Shown: piece after piece, positions 17,708-26,860 of the stretch | Numbering within the stretch: position 1 is the first letter of the stretch | Layout of the letters: each line of letters opens with the position of its first letter | Origin: an uncultured Spirochaetales bacterium | GTDB taxonomy: Bacteria; Myxococcota_A; UBA9160; UBA6930 | DNA length: 64,000 nucleotides | Direction: 5' to 3' | NCBI GenBank assembly: GCA_964501435.1 | Contig: CAZCTH010000009.1 | Location: 9,747-73,746 of the forward strand | The notes under the pieces: model-generated | What the model saw: the letters and a program-made list of their open reading frames with translations, nothing else | What the model was told of the DNA's origin: nothing | Databases searched by the model: none | Made by a program: the position numbers and the translations under genes

Positions 17708-17775
17708 AAGACGAGTCTTCAGCGACGGAAAATCCACCTGCGCGTGATATAACGGCTGTCTTTCCGGAGGTGCGA

Positions 17776-18177
17776 ATGGCCAGGCGGTCCGCGCGCAAGG
17801 CAGCGAGTCGGACGGCGGCGGGAGTCGCGCTCGAGAAGCGTTACTACCGCATCGGCGAAGTCTCGGAGATCACGGGCATCAAGCCCTACGTGCTGCGCTA
17901 CTGGGAGAGCGAGTTCCGCTGGATGACCCCCGTGAAGTCGCGCTCGCAGCAGCGCCTCTATCGCGCGCGGGACATCGAGATCGTCGAGCTCATCAAGCGC
18001 CTGCTGTACGTGGAGCGCTTCACGATCGAGGGCGCGAAGAAGAAGCTGCGCGAGATCGGCATGGAGACGGCGCTCGATCCGAACCAGCTCGACCTCGTGC
18101 TCGGCAGCGATCCGGTCGAGCAGCTGAAGCGGATTCGCGAGTCGCTCGTCGAGGTGCGCGGCACGCTCGAGGCGTGA
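17776..18177 (+). CDS. MerR family transcriptional regulator
   Basis: ATG 17776 has GGAGG 5 nt upstream (ORF track start 17770 is a GTG). HTH region ..YYRIGEVSEITGIKPYVLRYWESEF... This is the type of MerR gene commonly found next to ihfA. Confidence 0.85.
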   Translation: MARRSARKAASRTAAGVALEKRYYRIGEVSEITGIKPYVLRYWESEFRWMTPVKSRSQQRLYRARDIEIVELIKRLLYVERFTIEGAKKKLREIGMETALDPNQLDLVLGSDPVEQLKRIRESLVEVRGTLEA

Positions 18178-18220
18178 AACGCCGCGCGGCGGGGCCTCGC
18201 GCGGGTGCCGCGGCGGGCCG

Positions 18221-19303
18221 ATGCTGCGGGCGATGGACCCGTTCGGCGCCACCTCCGATCCGCGCCTCTACGTGCCGCGCCTCGGCACCGAGGCCGCGCT
18301 GAAGGCGCTGCGCGATGCTGTGGCCGCCGGGCGCACCGTGAGCGTTCTCTCGGGCCCGCCCGGGCTGGGTAAGACCCTCGTGCTGCGCGTGCTCGCGGAG
18401 CAACTGCGCGGCGCGCAGTGCGCCTACGTGCCGGTGCCGTCGCTCGGCATCGAAGAGCTCGCGCAGGTCGCCCTCGACGCGTTCGGCGAGCCCGCGGCCG
18501 GCGCGCGCGCGACGGTTGCGCTGGCGGACTTCGCGCGGCGCGCGCCGGGCGCACCCGCCGTGCTGCTCGTGGACGACGCCAGCGCCATGCCCGTGCCCAC
18601 CGCGCGGGCGATGCGCGAGATCGCCGACGCCCTCGGCGGCGCGCTCCGCGTCGTGGCCGCCGCCGTGGACGACGCGCGCTCGGCCGCCGTCATCGCTGCG
18701 CTCGGCGACGGGGTGCTGCACGTCCGGCTCCGTCACGCGCTCACGCCGAGCGAGGTGCGCGCCTACGTACGCGGCCGCTTCGAGCGCGCCGGCCACCAGG
18801 CCGCCGCGCTCGCGCTGCGCGAGGAGCACCTCGATTGGCTCGCCGCCGAATCCGCCGGCGTGCCGCGCGAGCTGAACACGCTGCTCGCGTGGATGCAGCG
18901 CGCGGAGGCCGAGCAACCCGTGCGCGATCGACTCGAGCGATCGATCGCGGAGCGCGGGATGGGGGACGGGCCAGAGCAGTTGACGCTGTGGGAAGGGGTG
19001 GGCGACGAGACCGCAGCAGCGGACGCGCTTCGCGCGGATGCGCGCGGGGCGGGCGGGCGCGCGACGGGGCCTGGAGTCGAGGCTCCTCGCGCCGCGCAGG
19101 CCGGCGCACCCGAAACGCCCGTGCGTCCACCCGGCGACGCGCCGGCCCGCGCGCTCGTCGCCGCCGCCGCCGACCCCGGCAAGGAGGCGACCCCAAGTGA
19201 TGGATCCTCTGCCCCCGGCGCCGCCGCACCGGATCTCGGACAGCCCCCGCCGCCCCCGCCGCGCCGCCGGCGACGCCTGCGCCGCACGCGCGGCTGGTAT
19301 TGA
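18221..19303 (+). CDS. AAA/P-loop ATPase (ExeA/AAA_22-like) with Pro/Ala-rich C-terminal tail
   Basis: Walker A LSGPPGLGKT and Walker B-like VLLVDDA. The C-terminal about 110 aa are low complexity, ending QPPPPPPRRRRRLRR. The start could also be the ATG at 18233. Confidence 0.6.
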   Translation: MLRAMDPFGATSDPRLYVPRLGTEAALKALRDAVAAGRTVSVLSGPPGLGKTLVLRVLAEQLRGAQCAYVPVPSLGIEELAQVALDAFGEPAAGARATVALADFARRAPGAPAVLLVDDASAMPVPTARAMREIADALGGALRVVAAAVDDARSAAVIAALGDGVLHVRLRHALTPSEVRAYVRGRFERAGHQAAALALREEHLDWLAAESAGVPRELNTLLAWMQRAEAEQPVRDRLERSIAERGMGDGPEQLTLWEGVGDETAAADALRADARGAGGRATGPGVEAPRAAQAGAPETPVRPPGDAPARALVAAAADPGKEATPSDGSSAPGAAAPDLGQPPPPPPRRRRRLRRTRGWY

Positions 19304-19365
19304 GCGCCGAGTCCGCGCGTTTCGGTCGACACTGCCAACCCGAGCGGCTACCCACTCCAATCGGT

Positions 19366-19442
19366 CGGGCCGTGGCGCAGCCTGGTAGCGCACCTGAATG
19401 GGGTTCAGGGGGTCGCTGGTTCGAATCCAGTCGGCCCGACCA
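19366..19442 (+). tRNA. tRNA-Pro (anticodon GGG)
   Basis: Folded by hand. The 7-bp acceptor stem is CGGGCCG/CGGCCCG, the D arm GCGCAGCCTGGTAGCGC, the anticodon stem CCTGA/TCAGG with loop AT-GGG-GT, and the T arm GCTGGTTCGAATCCAGT. The discriminator is A and CCA is encoded. Confidence 0.9.
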
Positions 19443-19451
19443 GCACTTAGC

Positions 19452-20540
19452 TCACCGCGACCCTTGCGTGGTGACCTGCCGGATATTCACCGGGCGCGCC
19501 GCGCGAGTGCGCACACCCTCATGGTGGGCATCCCCGCCGGGCCCGGGCGGTGCGCCGCGCGTGCGAGTTCTCAGGCGCAGGATGCGGTGATTCGCAGCCA
19601 CGTAGAGGGTTCCGCCGTCTTCACCCCACGCGACGTTTCCGGTCGGTACGCCGGTCTCGATGCGGCCGAGGCGCGTCCCGTCGGGCGCGAAGACGTGCAC
19701 GCCGCCGGGCCCCGCGGCGAAGAGGTTGCCGTGCACGTCGAGCTTCAGGCCGTCGGGGACACCCTCGTTCGGGGTGACCCACGCCGCCGCGTCCGCGAAC
19801 TGCCGTCCCGCGCCAACGGTGCCGTCCTCCCGGACGGGGTACGCCATCCAGATCGGGCGCGCGTGCTGCGCGTTGCTCACGTAGAGCTTCTTCTCGTCGG
19901 GCGAGAAGCCGATGCCGTTGGGCGCCGGGAGGTCCGTGACGATCGCGTCGAGTCGCCCCTCGGGCGTGAGCCGATAGACGCCCTGAAACGGTGCTTCCTT
20001 GGCGGGGTCGTCGAAGGTCCGCGGCAACCCGAACGGCGGGTCGGTGAAGTACAGATCTCCGTTCGAGCGGTACGTGAGGTCGTTCGGGCTGTTCAGCCGC
20101 TTGCCGTGCCAGCGCTCCGCCAGCGGCGTGAGCGTGCCGTCGCGTTCGCGCCGCACGATGCGCCGGTCGCCGTGCTGACAGAACACGAGGCGGCCGTCGG
20201 CGTCGAAGGTGAGCCCGTTCGAGCCGGGCTCGCGGCCCGCGAAGGGCGCCGAGCCGCTGTAGCCGCTCGCGGAGAGAAACCGCGCGACGCCGGCCGCTGG
20301 GCTCCAGCGGAAGATCGCGTTGCGCGGCACATCGGAGAACAAGAGCGCGCCATTCGCGCGGTCCCAGAGCGGCCCCTCGGCCCACGCGACGTCGTCGGCC
20401 ACCACTTCGAGGTTCGCGCCCGGCGCGACGAGGGCATCGAAGCGCGGGTCGAGGCGCTCGATTCGGCCGGCGCCGTCGGACCGCGCGAGCGTCGGCAGGA
20501 GCGCGAGCAGCGCTGCCGCGAGCAGCGTGGGGCGGTTCAT
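19452..20540 (-). CDS. SMP-30/gluconolactonase/LRE family protein, secreted
   Basis: Start at MNRPTLLAAALLALLPTLARS (signal peptide; cat at 20538-20540). Beta-propeller family motifs are present (..AEGPLWDRANGALLFSDVP.., ..NSPNDLTYRSNGDLYFTDP.., ..PNGIGFSPDEKKLYV..). Confidence 0.85.
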   Translation of the reverse strand: MNRPTLLAAALLALLPTLARSDGAGRIERLDPRFDALVAPGANLEVVADDVAWAEGPLWDRANGALLFSDVPRNAIFRWSPAAGVARFLSASGYSGSAPFAGREPGSNGLTFDADGRLVFCQHGDRRIVRRERDGTLTPLAERWHGKRLNSPNDLTYRSNGDLYFTDPPFGLPRTFDDPAKEAPFQGVYRLTPEGRLDAIVTDLPAPNGIGFSPDEKKLYVSNAQHARPIWMAYPVREDGTVGAGRQFADAAAWVTPNEGVPDGLKLDVHGNLFAAGPGGVHVFAPDGTRLGRIETGVPTGNVAWGEDGGTLYVAANHRILRLRTRTRGAPPGPGGDAHHEGVRTRAARPVNIRQVTTQGSR

Positions 20541-21208
20541 TCCGCCACCCGATCCCAGGTGAGGATTTCGGTCGTCCAGCCCTCGGCCTGCCGCTTCGCG
20601 AACGACGCCGCGAGGTGAGGCGACTTCTTGTGCGCCTCCAGTGCCTCCGCGCTCGCCCAGCGCTCGAGCCGCATGAACTCGTGCTTGCGCTGCGGCGACT
20701 GATAGAGGTCGTACTGCAGGCAACCCGGTTCGGCGCGCGTCGGCGCCGCGAGCGAGAGGAGGTGTGCGCGCAGCTCGTCCTCTCGGCCGGGCACTCCATG
20801 AATCAGAGTGATCGCGGTGATCTCCCCCGGCGCCGCGCTCGGCGCGGGCGGCGTCTTCAGCTCGACGATCACGCCGTGTGCGTCCGTCGCGCCGACGTTG
20901 TGAGAGGCATGAACCACGGCGTCGCTGTACGCGACCGCGCCCGGATGCCCCTCGCGCAATCCCGTCGTGCCATCGGGGAACGTGAACTGGATCGTGAAGT
21001 CGTCGAGGAACACCGCCACGTTCGCCGGATGCGCGTGCGCGAGCTCGCGCGCGCCGCGCGCGAGACGGAAGTCGAGCACGCGCACGTAGTCGTTCTCGAC
21101 CAGCACCTTGTAGTTGTCCGGATGGAGCGCGAGCGGATCTTGCGCCGCGGCCGGAGCGGCGAGACCCGCGAGCGCGACGAGGGCGGCAGCGCAGAGTGTC
21201 GTATTCAT
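20537..21208 (-). CDS. Secreted cupin domain - ABM (antibiotic biosynthesis monooxygenase-like) fusion protein
   Basis: MNTTLCAAALVALAGLAAPAAAQ signal peptide. The cupin-like core is ..YKVLVENDYVRVLDFRLARGARELAHAHP... The C-terminal ABM-like domain is ..ITLIHGVPGREDEL..FMRLERWASAEALEAHKKSPH... Its stop overlaps the next gene's start (ATGA). Confidence 0.65.
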   Translation of the reverse strand: MNTTLCAAALVALAGLAAPAAAQDPLALHPDNYKVLVENDYVRVLDFRLARGARELAHAHPANVAVFLDDFTIQFTFPDGTTGLREGHPGAVAYSDAVVHASHNVGATDAHGVIVELKTPPAPSAAPGEITAITLIHGVPGREDELRAHLLSLAAPTRAEPGCLQYDLYQSPQRKHEFMRLERWASAEALEAHKKSPHLAASFAKRQAEGWTTEILTWDRVAE

Positions 21209-21361
21209 GCGCGCTCGGATGTCCGCGCGGAGCGCGCCGTCACGCGGTAGCCCTGGCCGGGGTGCGCCGCGCCGCTCGAGGATGCACCCTCCGCGCTGCA
21301 GGTTCGGCTTCGGCGCACTTCGCGCGCGAAGCGCTCGCGTGCTGACGGGGAGGGTTCCCGC

Positions 21362-22261
21362 GTGAAGTTCGGACTCGCCGCCCATTTGTTTCGCGGATTC
21401 ATCGACGACCCCGACTGGGTCCGGGCGTTCGTAGAGACGATCGAGGCCGCCGGCGCGGAATCGCTGTGGGTCTCGGAACATCCGATCGTCGCGCCGGAGC
21501 ACAAGCCGCTCTACACGTACTCGAAGACGGGGCTGCCAGGGTTCACGCCCGGAATCACGTTCCCGTCGCCACTCGAATGGCTGTCGTACTGTGCGGCGGT
21601 CTCGGACCGACTCAAGCTCGTGACGGGGGTGCTGCTCTTGCCCCTGCACAGCCCGATCATCGTGGCGAAGCGCGTCGCGACGCTCGACCGCTTGTCCAAG
21701 GGCCGCTTGATCCTCGGCGTGGGCTTGGGATGGCAGATCGAGGAGTTCGAGTCCGTCGGCGTCCCGTATCGGGAACGCGGCAGGCGAATGGACGAGATGA
21801 TTCCTGCCCTGCGCACGCTCTGGCGGGACTCCCCGGCGACCTTCCAGGGGAAGTATTACGGCTTCACGCGCGTCGACTGCGACGTGAAGCCCGTGCAGCC
21901 AGGCGGTCCGCCGATCCTCGTGGGCGGCTCGACGCCCGCGGCAGCGAAGCGCGCGGCGCGCCTCGGCGACGCCTACTACCCCTACGCGATCGGGCCCGAC
22001 GAGTATGCGGCGCTGGTCGAGACGCTCCGCGCCGAGGCGAAGCAGCTCGGGCGCGATCCTGGCGCCATCGAGCTCACCGCGGCGCCGGCGTTCTGGCGCG
22101 AGGGTGGCGGCAAATCGCTCGATCTCGGCTTGGCGCGTGCGTACGCCCAGTCCGGCGTCTCCCGGTTCCTGTTCAACTCGATGGAAGCGGACAGCCAAGA
22201 AATGAAGGACATCGAGCGCTTCATCAAGACGTATCGGGACCAGATCATCGCGCGGCTTTGA
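21362..22261 (+). CDS. LLM-class (luciferase-like) F420/flavin-dependent oxidoreductase
   Basis: 299 aa, GTG start. Typical LLM pattern: MKFGL.., ..LWVSEH.., ..ATLDRLSKGRLILGVGLGW..EEF.., ..PPILVGGSTPAAAKRAARLGD... Confidence 0.8.
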   Translation: MKFGLAAHLFRGFIDDPDWVRAFVETIEAAGAESLWVSEHPIVAPEHKPLYTYSKTGLPGFTPGITFPSPLEWLSYCAAVSDRLKLVTGVLLLPLHSPIIVAKRVATLDRLSKGRLILGVGLGWQIEEFESVGVPYRERGRRMDEMIPALRTLWRDSPATFQGKYYGFTRVDCDVKPVQPGGPPILVGGSTPAAAKRAARLGDAYYPYAIGPDEYAALVETLRAEAKQLGRDPGAIELTAAPAFWREGGGKSLDLGLARAYAQSGVSRFLFNSMEADSQEMKDIERFIKTYRDQIIARL

Positions 22262-22298
22262 GCCGCTCGGGCGCGCTGCTGCGCGAGCCGCTGGCGAC

Positions 22299-25200
22299 TC
22301 ATCGCAACGGGCCAAACGCCGCCCACTGATTTCCCCCGTCGCTCACCGCGACGGCGATCAGGTACTTCCCGCGCGCCGCGGTCAGCTTCGTCTTCATCGC
22401 CAGCGTGAGCTGCGCGCCCGCCGCAACGGTGGGGAAGTGGTTGACGCGAACCAGCGTGTCTCCTCCGTTGTGCGGGTCGGAGTCGGCTCCGAGGACGGTG
22501 TTGACGGAGATCGTCATCGGGCCGTTGCTGGGGTTCGTGACGCGTAGCTTGCCTTTGATCTTGCACGCGCCGGTGCTCGCCTTGCACTTCGACTTGAAGC
22601 TCGACCAGGAGATCTGCGCGGGCGGGGGAGGGGGCGGCGGGGGCGGATCGGGCGGTGGCGGCGCGAGCACCGGGAGGCCGAGCAGGCTGAAGTAGCCCTG
22701 CGCGCCGCCGCGCGCGTCGACGGCCACGGCGAGCGTCTCGTTCGCGGTTGCGCGGAACTCGACGCGGCTCGTGAGCGCGCCCTGCGCGTCGTCGTTCTCC
22801 GCGACGAGCGTGAGCTGGTCGACGCGATTGCCCCGGTACACCGCCAGCACCGTGTCGAGGGAATCGCGCGTCGAGATCGAGAAGTCTCCGGAGCTCGGCG
22901 CCGTGAAGGTGAACCAAACCGAACGCCCGCCGACTTCGCCTGCGTGCGCAGGCTCGCCGGCCTCCGTCGTCGCAAGGTACGTGTCGCCGTATGCCAACTC
23001 GTGGAGCGCGCTCATCGGCCGGGCGTTCGCGAAGTCGTCGTTCTCCGGCGGAATCAGGGGCCGCTCGTTCTCCGTTCGCCACGTACAGTCGTAGGCGGCC
23101 CCGGCGTTGCCGCCGAAGACGCGGACGTAGTAGGTGCCCGAGCTCGGCAGGATGCGTGAGAAGCCGTCTTGCGGCAGGCCGACAGTCGAGACGACCCGGT
23201 TTCCCGCCGCCCCGAGCAACTCGAGGTCGATCAGGTTCTGGAAGCCGCACGAGAGCCGCAGGAGCCGCCCCGTGCGCGGCACCTCGATGCGGTAGTAGTC
23301 GTCGTCGAACTGATAGGGCGTGCTGCCCGCGACGCTGGAGAAGGCGGTGTAGTCGTAGGCCGAGAAGTCGGACGCGGTCGCGAGGGTGTCGTTGTCCTCA
23401 TAGGCGTCGTCGCCGCCGTACAGAACGGGGTAGGCCTCGTATCGAACCGTGTAGTCGATCTCGGCGTCGTCGCCCTGTTCGGCGACGACGACGTAGTAGG
23501 TGCCTGCGGGCAGCCAGTCCTGGTCGGCGCGTGTGCGGTCGATGCGCGCCAGGCCCGGCGCGAGCCCCGGGCCGGAGTGTTCGATCACGGATCCGTCGTT
23601 CGCGAGGAGCCACATCTCGAGCGCGTGCGGAGTGTTTGCGAGGTACGCCTGCGCGTCGATCGTGACGACCGACAACTGGTCGAGCGTGAAGACGGAGTAG
23701 TCCTTGTCGCCCGCCGGCGAGATCGTGTGGCTCTGCGCCTGCCAACCTCCCGGGAGCGGCGAGGCTTGCCCGAGCGAGTCGTCGGGCTCGAAGCCGTCGG
23801 GGCCGGGGTACGAGGTCGTCGCGAGCGTGACGTCGTAGGAACGGATCTCGGCGTCGCGCCCGGATTCCTCGATCGAAGCGTAGTACGTGCCGGCCGGCAG
23901 CGGATCGCCGCCCGCGCGCGAGCGTTCGAGGGTCGAGTGCGGGCTGGCCCCGGTGTCGTCGTTGACTTCGAGCACGGCGCCTTGCGCGTCGTAGAGCGTC
24001 AGCAGCGTGTCGTCGGCGGGGTCCGCTGGAATCGCCGCGATCGTCACGTCGGCGGGCATGCTCAGCGTGAAGGTGCGGAAGTCGACGTCGCTCGCAGGCG
24101 CGATCGAATGCGTCTCGGCCTGGCCGAACGGGCGCGCGAGCGCCGGCGCGTCGTCCGGCTCGTAGAAGTCTCCGGGCGACGGCCCGTTCTGCGCGTAGAT
24201 CGTGCGGATCGCGAAGACGTCCTCGCTGCCGAGGCCGGCGACGGGCCCGCCGTAGTACGCATACATCACGGCGGACGGGTCGTCGGAGTGGCCGAGCCCG
24301 AGCGCATGGCCGATCTCGTGCAGCGCAACGGTATACACGTCGACGTCCGCGCCGATGCGCCACGGCTCGTCGTCGTCGAAGTGCACGTCACCCGCCTCGG
24401 GCTCCGCGTTCGGGGGCGCCGGCAGCAAAGCGTGCGCGATCGTTTGGCCCGGGCCATCGAACGGGCTGCCGTCGCCGTGATTGCCCGTCGCCCACAGGAA
24501 GTCGATCGAGCGCGGCTCGCGGGCAGAGACGGCAGGGGCCCACGCGACTTGCGCGACGCTGCTCCAGGTCGCGAGCGCGCGGGTGACTTCGCTCTGTTCG
24601 TTCGCCACGTCGGGCGTGCCGTTCACGAAGTAGTAGTGAAGGGCCGCGCTACCGAGGCCGGGGCCGTCCCAGCCCTCGGAGGCGATCGAGTAGCTCGCCA
24701 CGGCCATGCCTTGCGCGAGGGCGCCCATGCAGCGCACCACGGGCTGGTTCTGCTCGATCGCGGCGGACGCCGCGTAGATGAAGCTCACCTCGTCTTGCGC
24801 GGCGAGCGAGTCGAGCGCGCTCGCCGCGATCTCGACGTGGAGCGTCGTCGCGTGCAGGTAGCGGTTGGGAACCTCCTTCCCGCCCGCGCGGCGAATCGCG
24901 GCGAGCGCCGCGGAGCGCGGCACGTCGGGGAACACGTCCACGAGAACGCTCAGATTGCGCGCACGATGCTCCGCCCGCAGCGAGACCTTGTCGGCCGCTG
25001 CCAGCGTGCCCACCCAGCGCACGCCGGGCGCTGCGCTCGGATCCGCACCGGCCGGCACCCACGCCGACACCGCGTTGCGGGGCACCGCCTCGAGCACCCG
25101 GACCCCGCGCGCGCGCAAACCCGCGAGCGCTTCCTTGCGTCGGCCCGCCTCGTACTGGATGAGCAGGTGCCGGCCCCGCGCCGCGACCGCGCTCTGGCGC

Positions 25201-25346
25201 GATGCCGCCGGGACGAAGGTGCGTGCGCGCAGTGTCAGCTCGTTCGGGCTCGGTGCACGCGGCGGAAGGGCAATCGAGGCGAGCGGCGCAAACGCCGACG
25301 CTGCGAGCGCGATCGGGGCGAGCACACGCGATGCGAACCCACGCAT
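22299..25346 (-). CDS. Secreted multidomain zinc metalloprotease (matrixin/M10-like) with repeated PPC-type domains
   Basis: Start at MRGFASRVLAPIALAASAFAPLASIA (signal peptide; cat 25344-25346). Zinc motif VALHEIGHALGLGHSDDPSAVMYAYY (HExxHxxGxxH plus Met-turn). At least five ..D.YE.DD....A......H.I....D.D...F..-type pre-peptidase C-terminal-like modules follow. Next comes PPPPDPPPPPPPPP and then a small C-terminal beta domain. Confidence 0.85.
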   Translation of the reverse strand: MRGFASRVLAPIALAASAFAPLASIALPPRAPSPNELTLRARTFVPAASRQSAVAARGRHLLIQYEAGRRKEALAGLRARGVRVLEAVPRNAVSAWVPAGADPSAAPGVRWVGTLAAADKVSLRAEHRARNLSVLVDVFPDVPRSAALAAIRRAGGKEVPNRYLHATTLHVEIAASALDSLAAQDEVSFIYAASAAIEQNQPVVRCMGALAQGMAVASYSIASEGWDGPGLGSAALHYYFVNGTPDVANEQSEVTRALATWSSVAQVAWAPAVSAREPRSIDFLWATGNHGDGSPFDGPGQTIAHALLPAPPNAEPEAGDVHFDDDEPWRIGADVDVYTVALHEIGHALGLGHSDDPSAVMYAYYGGPVAGLGSEDVFAIRTIYAQNGPSPGDFYEPDDAPALARPFGQAETHSIAPASDVDFRTFTLSMPADVTIAAIPADPADDTLLTLYDAQGAVLEVNDDTGASPHSTLERSRAGGDPLPAGTYYASIEESGRDAEIRSYDVTLATTSYPGPDGFEPDDSLGQASPLPGGWQAQSHTISPAGDKDYSVFTLDQLSVVTIDAQAYLANTPHALEMWLLANDGSVIEHSGPGLAPGLARIDRTRADQDWLPAGTYYVVVAEQGDDAEIDYTVRYEAYPVLYGGDDAYEDNDTLATASDFSAYDYTAFSSVAGSTPYQFDDDYYRIEVPRTGRLLRLSCGFQNLIDLELLGAAGNRVVSTVGLPQDGFSRILPSSGTYYVRVFGGNAGAAYDCTWRTENERPLIPPENDDFANARPMSALHELAYGDTYLATTEAGEPAHAGEVGGRSVWFTFTAPSSGDFSISTRDSLDTVLAVYRGNRVDQLTLVAENDDAQGALTSRVEFRATANETLAVAVDARGGAQGYFSLLGLPVLAPPPPDPPPPPPPPPAQISWSSFKSKCKASTGACKIKGKLRVTNPSNGPMTISVNTVLGADSDPHNGGDTLVRVNHFPTVAAGAQLTLAMKTKLTAARGKYLIAVAVSDGGNQWAAFGPLR

Positions 25347-25484
25347 TCCGGACGCCTCTAGGCCCCGAAACACCCTAACACGAGCGCGCGCGATTTTCGA
25401 GGCGTGCCATGCAGCGGTGCGAAGACCAGTGAGTGGCGCCAAGGGGGCGCCCCCGCGGCTTTCGCCCGCCTTCCTTCGCTCGGC

Positions 25485-25670
25485 TCAGGGCATTCGGTGC
25501 CGCAGAGAGCGCGGCGCGAGCGGCTTCGGCACGTTGGTTGCGGGATCGCAGCCGAACACGGCGGCCCACCCCAGGCCCGCGATGAGCCCGAACGCGATGC
25601 CGAATGCGATTCCCTTGGTGCGCCAGGCACTTCGGGATTGGCGCTGGCTGCGGACCGTTCTCGGCGACAA
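25485..25670 (-). CDS. Possible small membrane protein (61 aa), hypothetical
   Basis: TTG start with GAGGGAG 5-6 nt upstream. A basic N-terminus is followed by one TM segment (KGIAFGIAFGLIAGLGWAAVFG). GC3 is about 80%. No homology recognised. Weak call. Confidence 0.3.
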   Translation of the reverse strand: MSPRTVRSQRQSRSAWRTKGIAFGIAFGLIAGLGWAAVFGCDPATNVPKPLAPRSLRHRMP

Positions 25671-25797
25671 TGCGACTCCCTCGCGAACTGCTCGAGCCCT
25701 GAGCCGCGCACGATGGCCGGGCACGGCGCCCGACTGGGTGCGGCCCCTGTTGAACCGAGCGACGACGGCGGAACGCAGTCTCGTCGCGTTCTGGTTC

Positions 25798-26712
25798 TCA
25801 GCCCCTGCTTCCCCTCTCGAGCCACGCCGCGCACTCCGGCGCGAGCACACGCCGCTTCGCTTCCTCATAAAGCGCGAGGTCGTCCGCGTCCAGCACATCC
25901 CGCCAGCGCCCGTTCGTGCCCTTGAAGAAAAATCGCTTCGCACCCCCCTCGAAGAAGCCGCTCAACGGGTCTTCGCCTTCGAGCGCTTTCTCCCGCATGC
26001 GGTCGATCTGGCACTCGCGCGCGACGCGCGCGCACTCCGCGTCGTCGACCGGCACGCCGAGGAAGGCCGCGATGCGGCGAACCTCGGCGGGCAGGTCGGC
26101 CTTGAGGTCGGCGTAGTGCACGAAGAGCACGTTCTCGCACGCGCGGTGCGGCCAGTACGACGCCGTGTGATGGAGGTTCCCCCACCACGGATGGCCCTCG
26201 GATTCCCATGCGAAGTAGCCGCGGCCGATCCAATTGCGCCAGAGCTTCTTCACGTCGCCGTCGAACCGCTCGAAGCGCGGCAACGCAGGATCGTCGTTGA
26301 AGCGCTCGAGGGCGGCGTCGGTGTAGGCGGCGTAGTGATTGAGGAGCGACATGAAGTCGTCGCGCGCGTCGCGGCCGACGACGATGTACCGGGTGCCCTC
26401 TCGGTAGGGCAGCCCGTCCGCTGCGAGGTGGGACTTGAGAAAGCGCCGATGCGTCTGGGCCGCGAGCATCGGCACCATCGCGTCGAGCGGGATCTGAAAG
26501 CGCGCGTCGACCCACGGCGAGGCCATCGGGGTCGGCGGCGGGTTCGGAACGTCGCGCAGCAGGAGTTGACCGACGATGCCCTGGGTCCACGTCGTGCCGG
26601 ACTTGTACGAGGTGGTGATCACGACGTCGCCGTCGCGCGGTTCGATCGCATCCCAGCGCGTCGAGTCGAGGTGGTGATTCTTGTACGTGCGCGTTCGCTG
26701 CCAGCCGGTCAT
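25798..26712 (-). CDS. Sulfotransferase family protein (PAPS-dependent, cytosolic type)
   Basis: 5'-PSB loop ..VVITTSYKSGTTWTQ... Other conserved regions are ..RFLKSHL.., ..YIVVGRDARD.. and ..FFFKGTNGRWRDVL... Start taken at MTGWQ (cat 26710-26712); an alternative ATG lies at 26739. Confidence 0.8.
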   Translation of the reverse strand: MTGWQRTRTYKNHHLDSTRWDAIEPRDGDVVITTSYKSGTTWTQGIVGQLLLRDVPNPPPTPMASPWVDARFQIPLDAMVPMLAAQTHRRFLKSHLAADGLPYREGTRYIVVGRDARDDFMSLLNHYAAYTDAALERFNDDPALPRFERFDGDVKKLWRNWIGRGYFAWESEGHPWWGNLHHTASYWPHRACENVLFVHYADLKADLPAEVRRIAAFLGVPVDDAECARVARECQIDRMREKALEGEDPLSGFFEGGAKRFFFKGTNGRWRDVLDADDLALYEEAKRRVLAPECAAWLERGSRG

Positions 26713-26860
26713 GTGGATCCCCCGCACGCGAGGGTACATGCGCCACCGTCCGCGTCGTTCGGCCGCTTCTCGGCCAGAGAGCGTGCGCGGGGCCTGCGAG
26801 CGTGCTTCCGTAACTGCGCGCAGGCACCGGGCCGCTGCGCGCGGAGTTGAGCGAGTCGCC

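Noticed and set aside
17498-19451. Classical tRNA-associated genomic island (integrase or att repeats near tRNA-Pro)
   Set aside because: I saw no integrase, recombinase or transposase ORF, and no duplicated tRNA 3'-end. The accessory locus is separated from the tRNA by merR and an ATPase gene.
19398-20618. 406-aa plus-strand ORF beginning inside the tRNA-Pro
   Set aside because: It starts within the tRNA and runs antisense to the well-supported gluconolactonase-like gene. Its composition is Arg/Gly-rich shadow.
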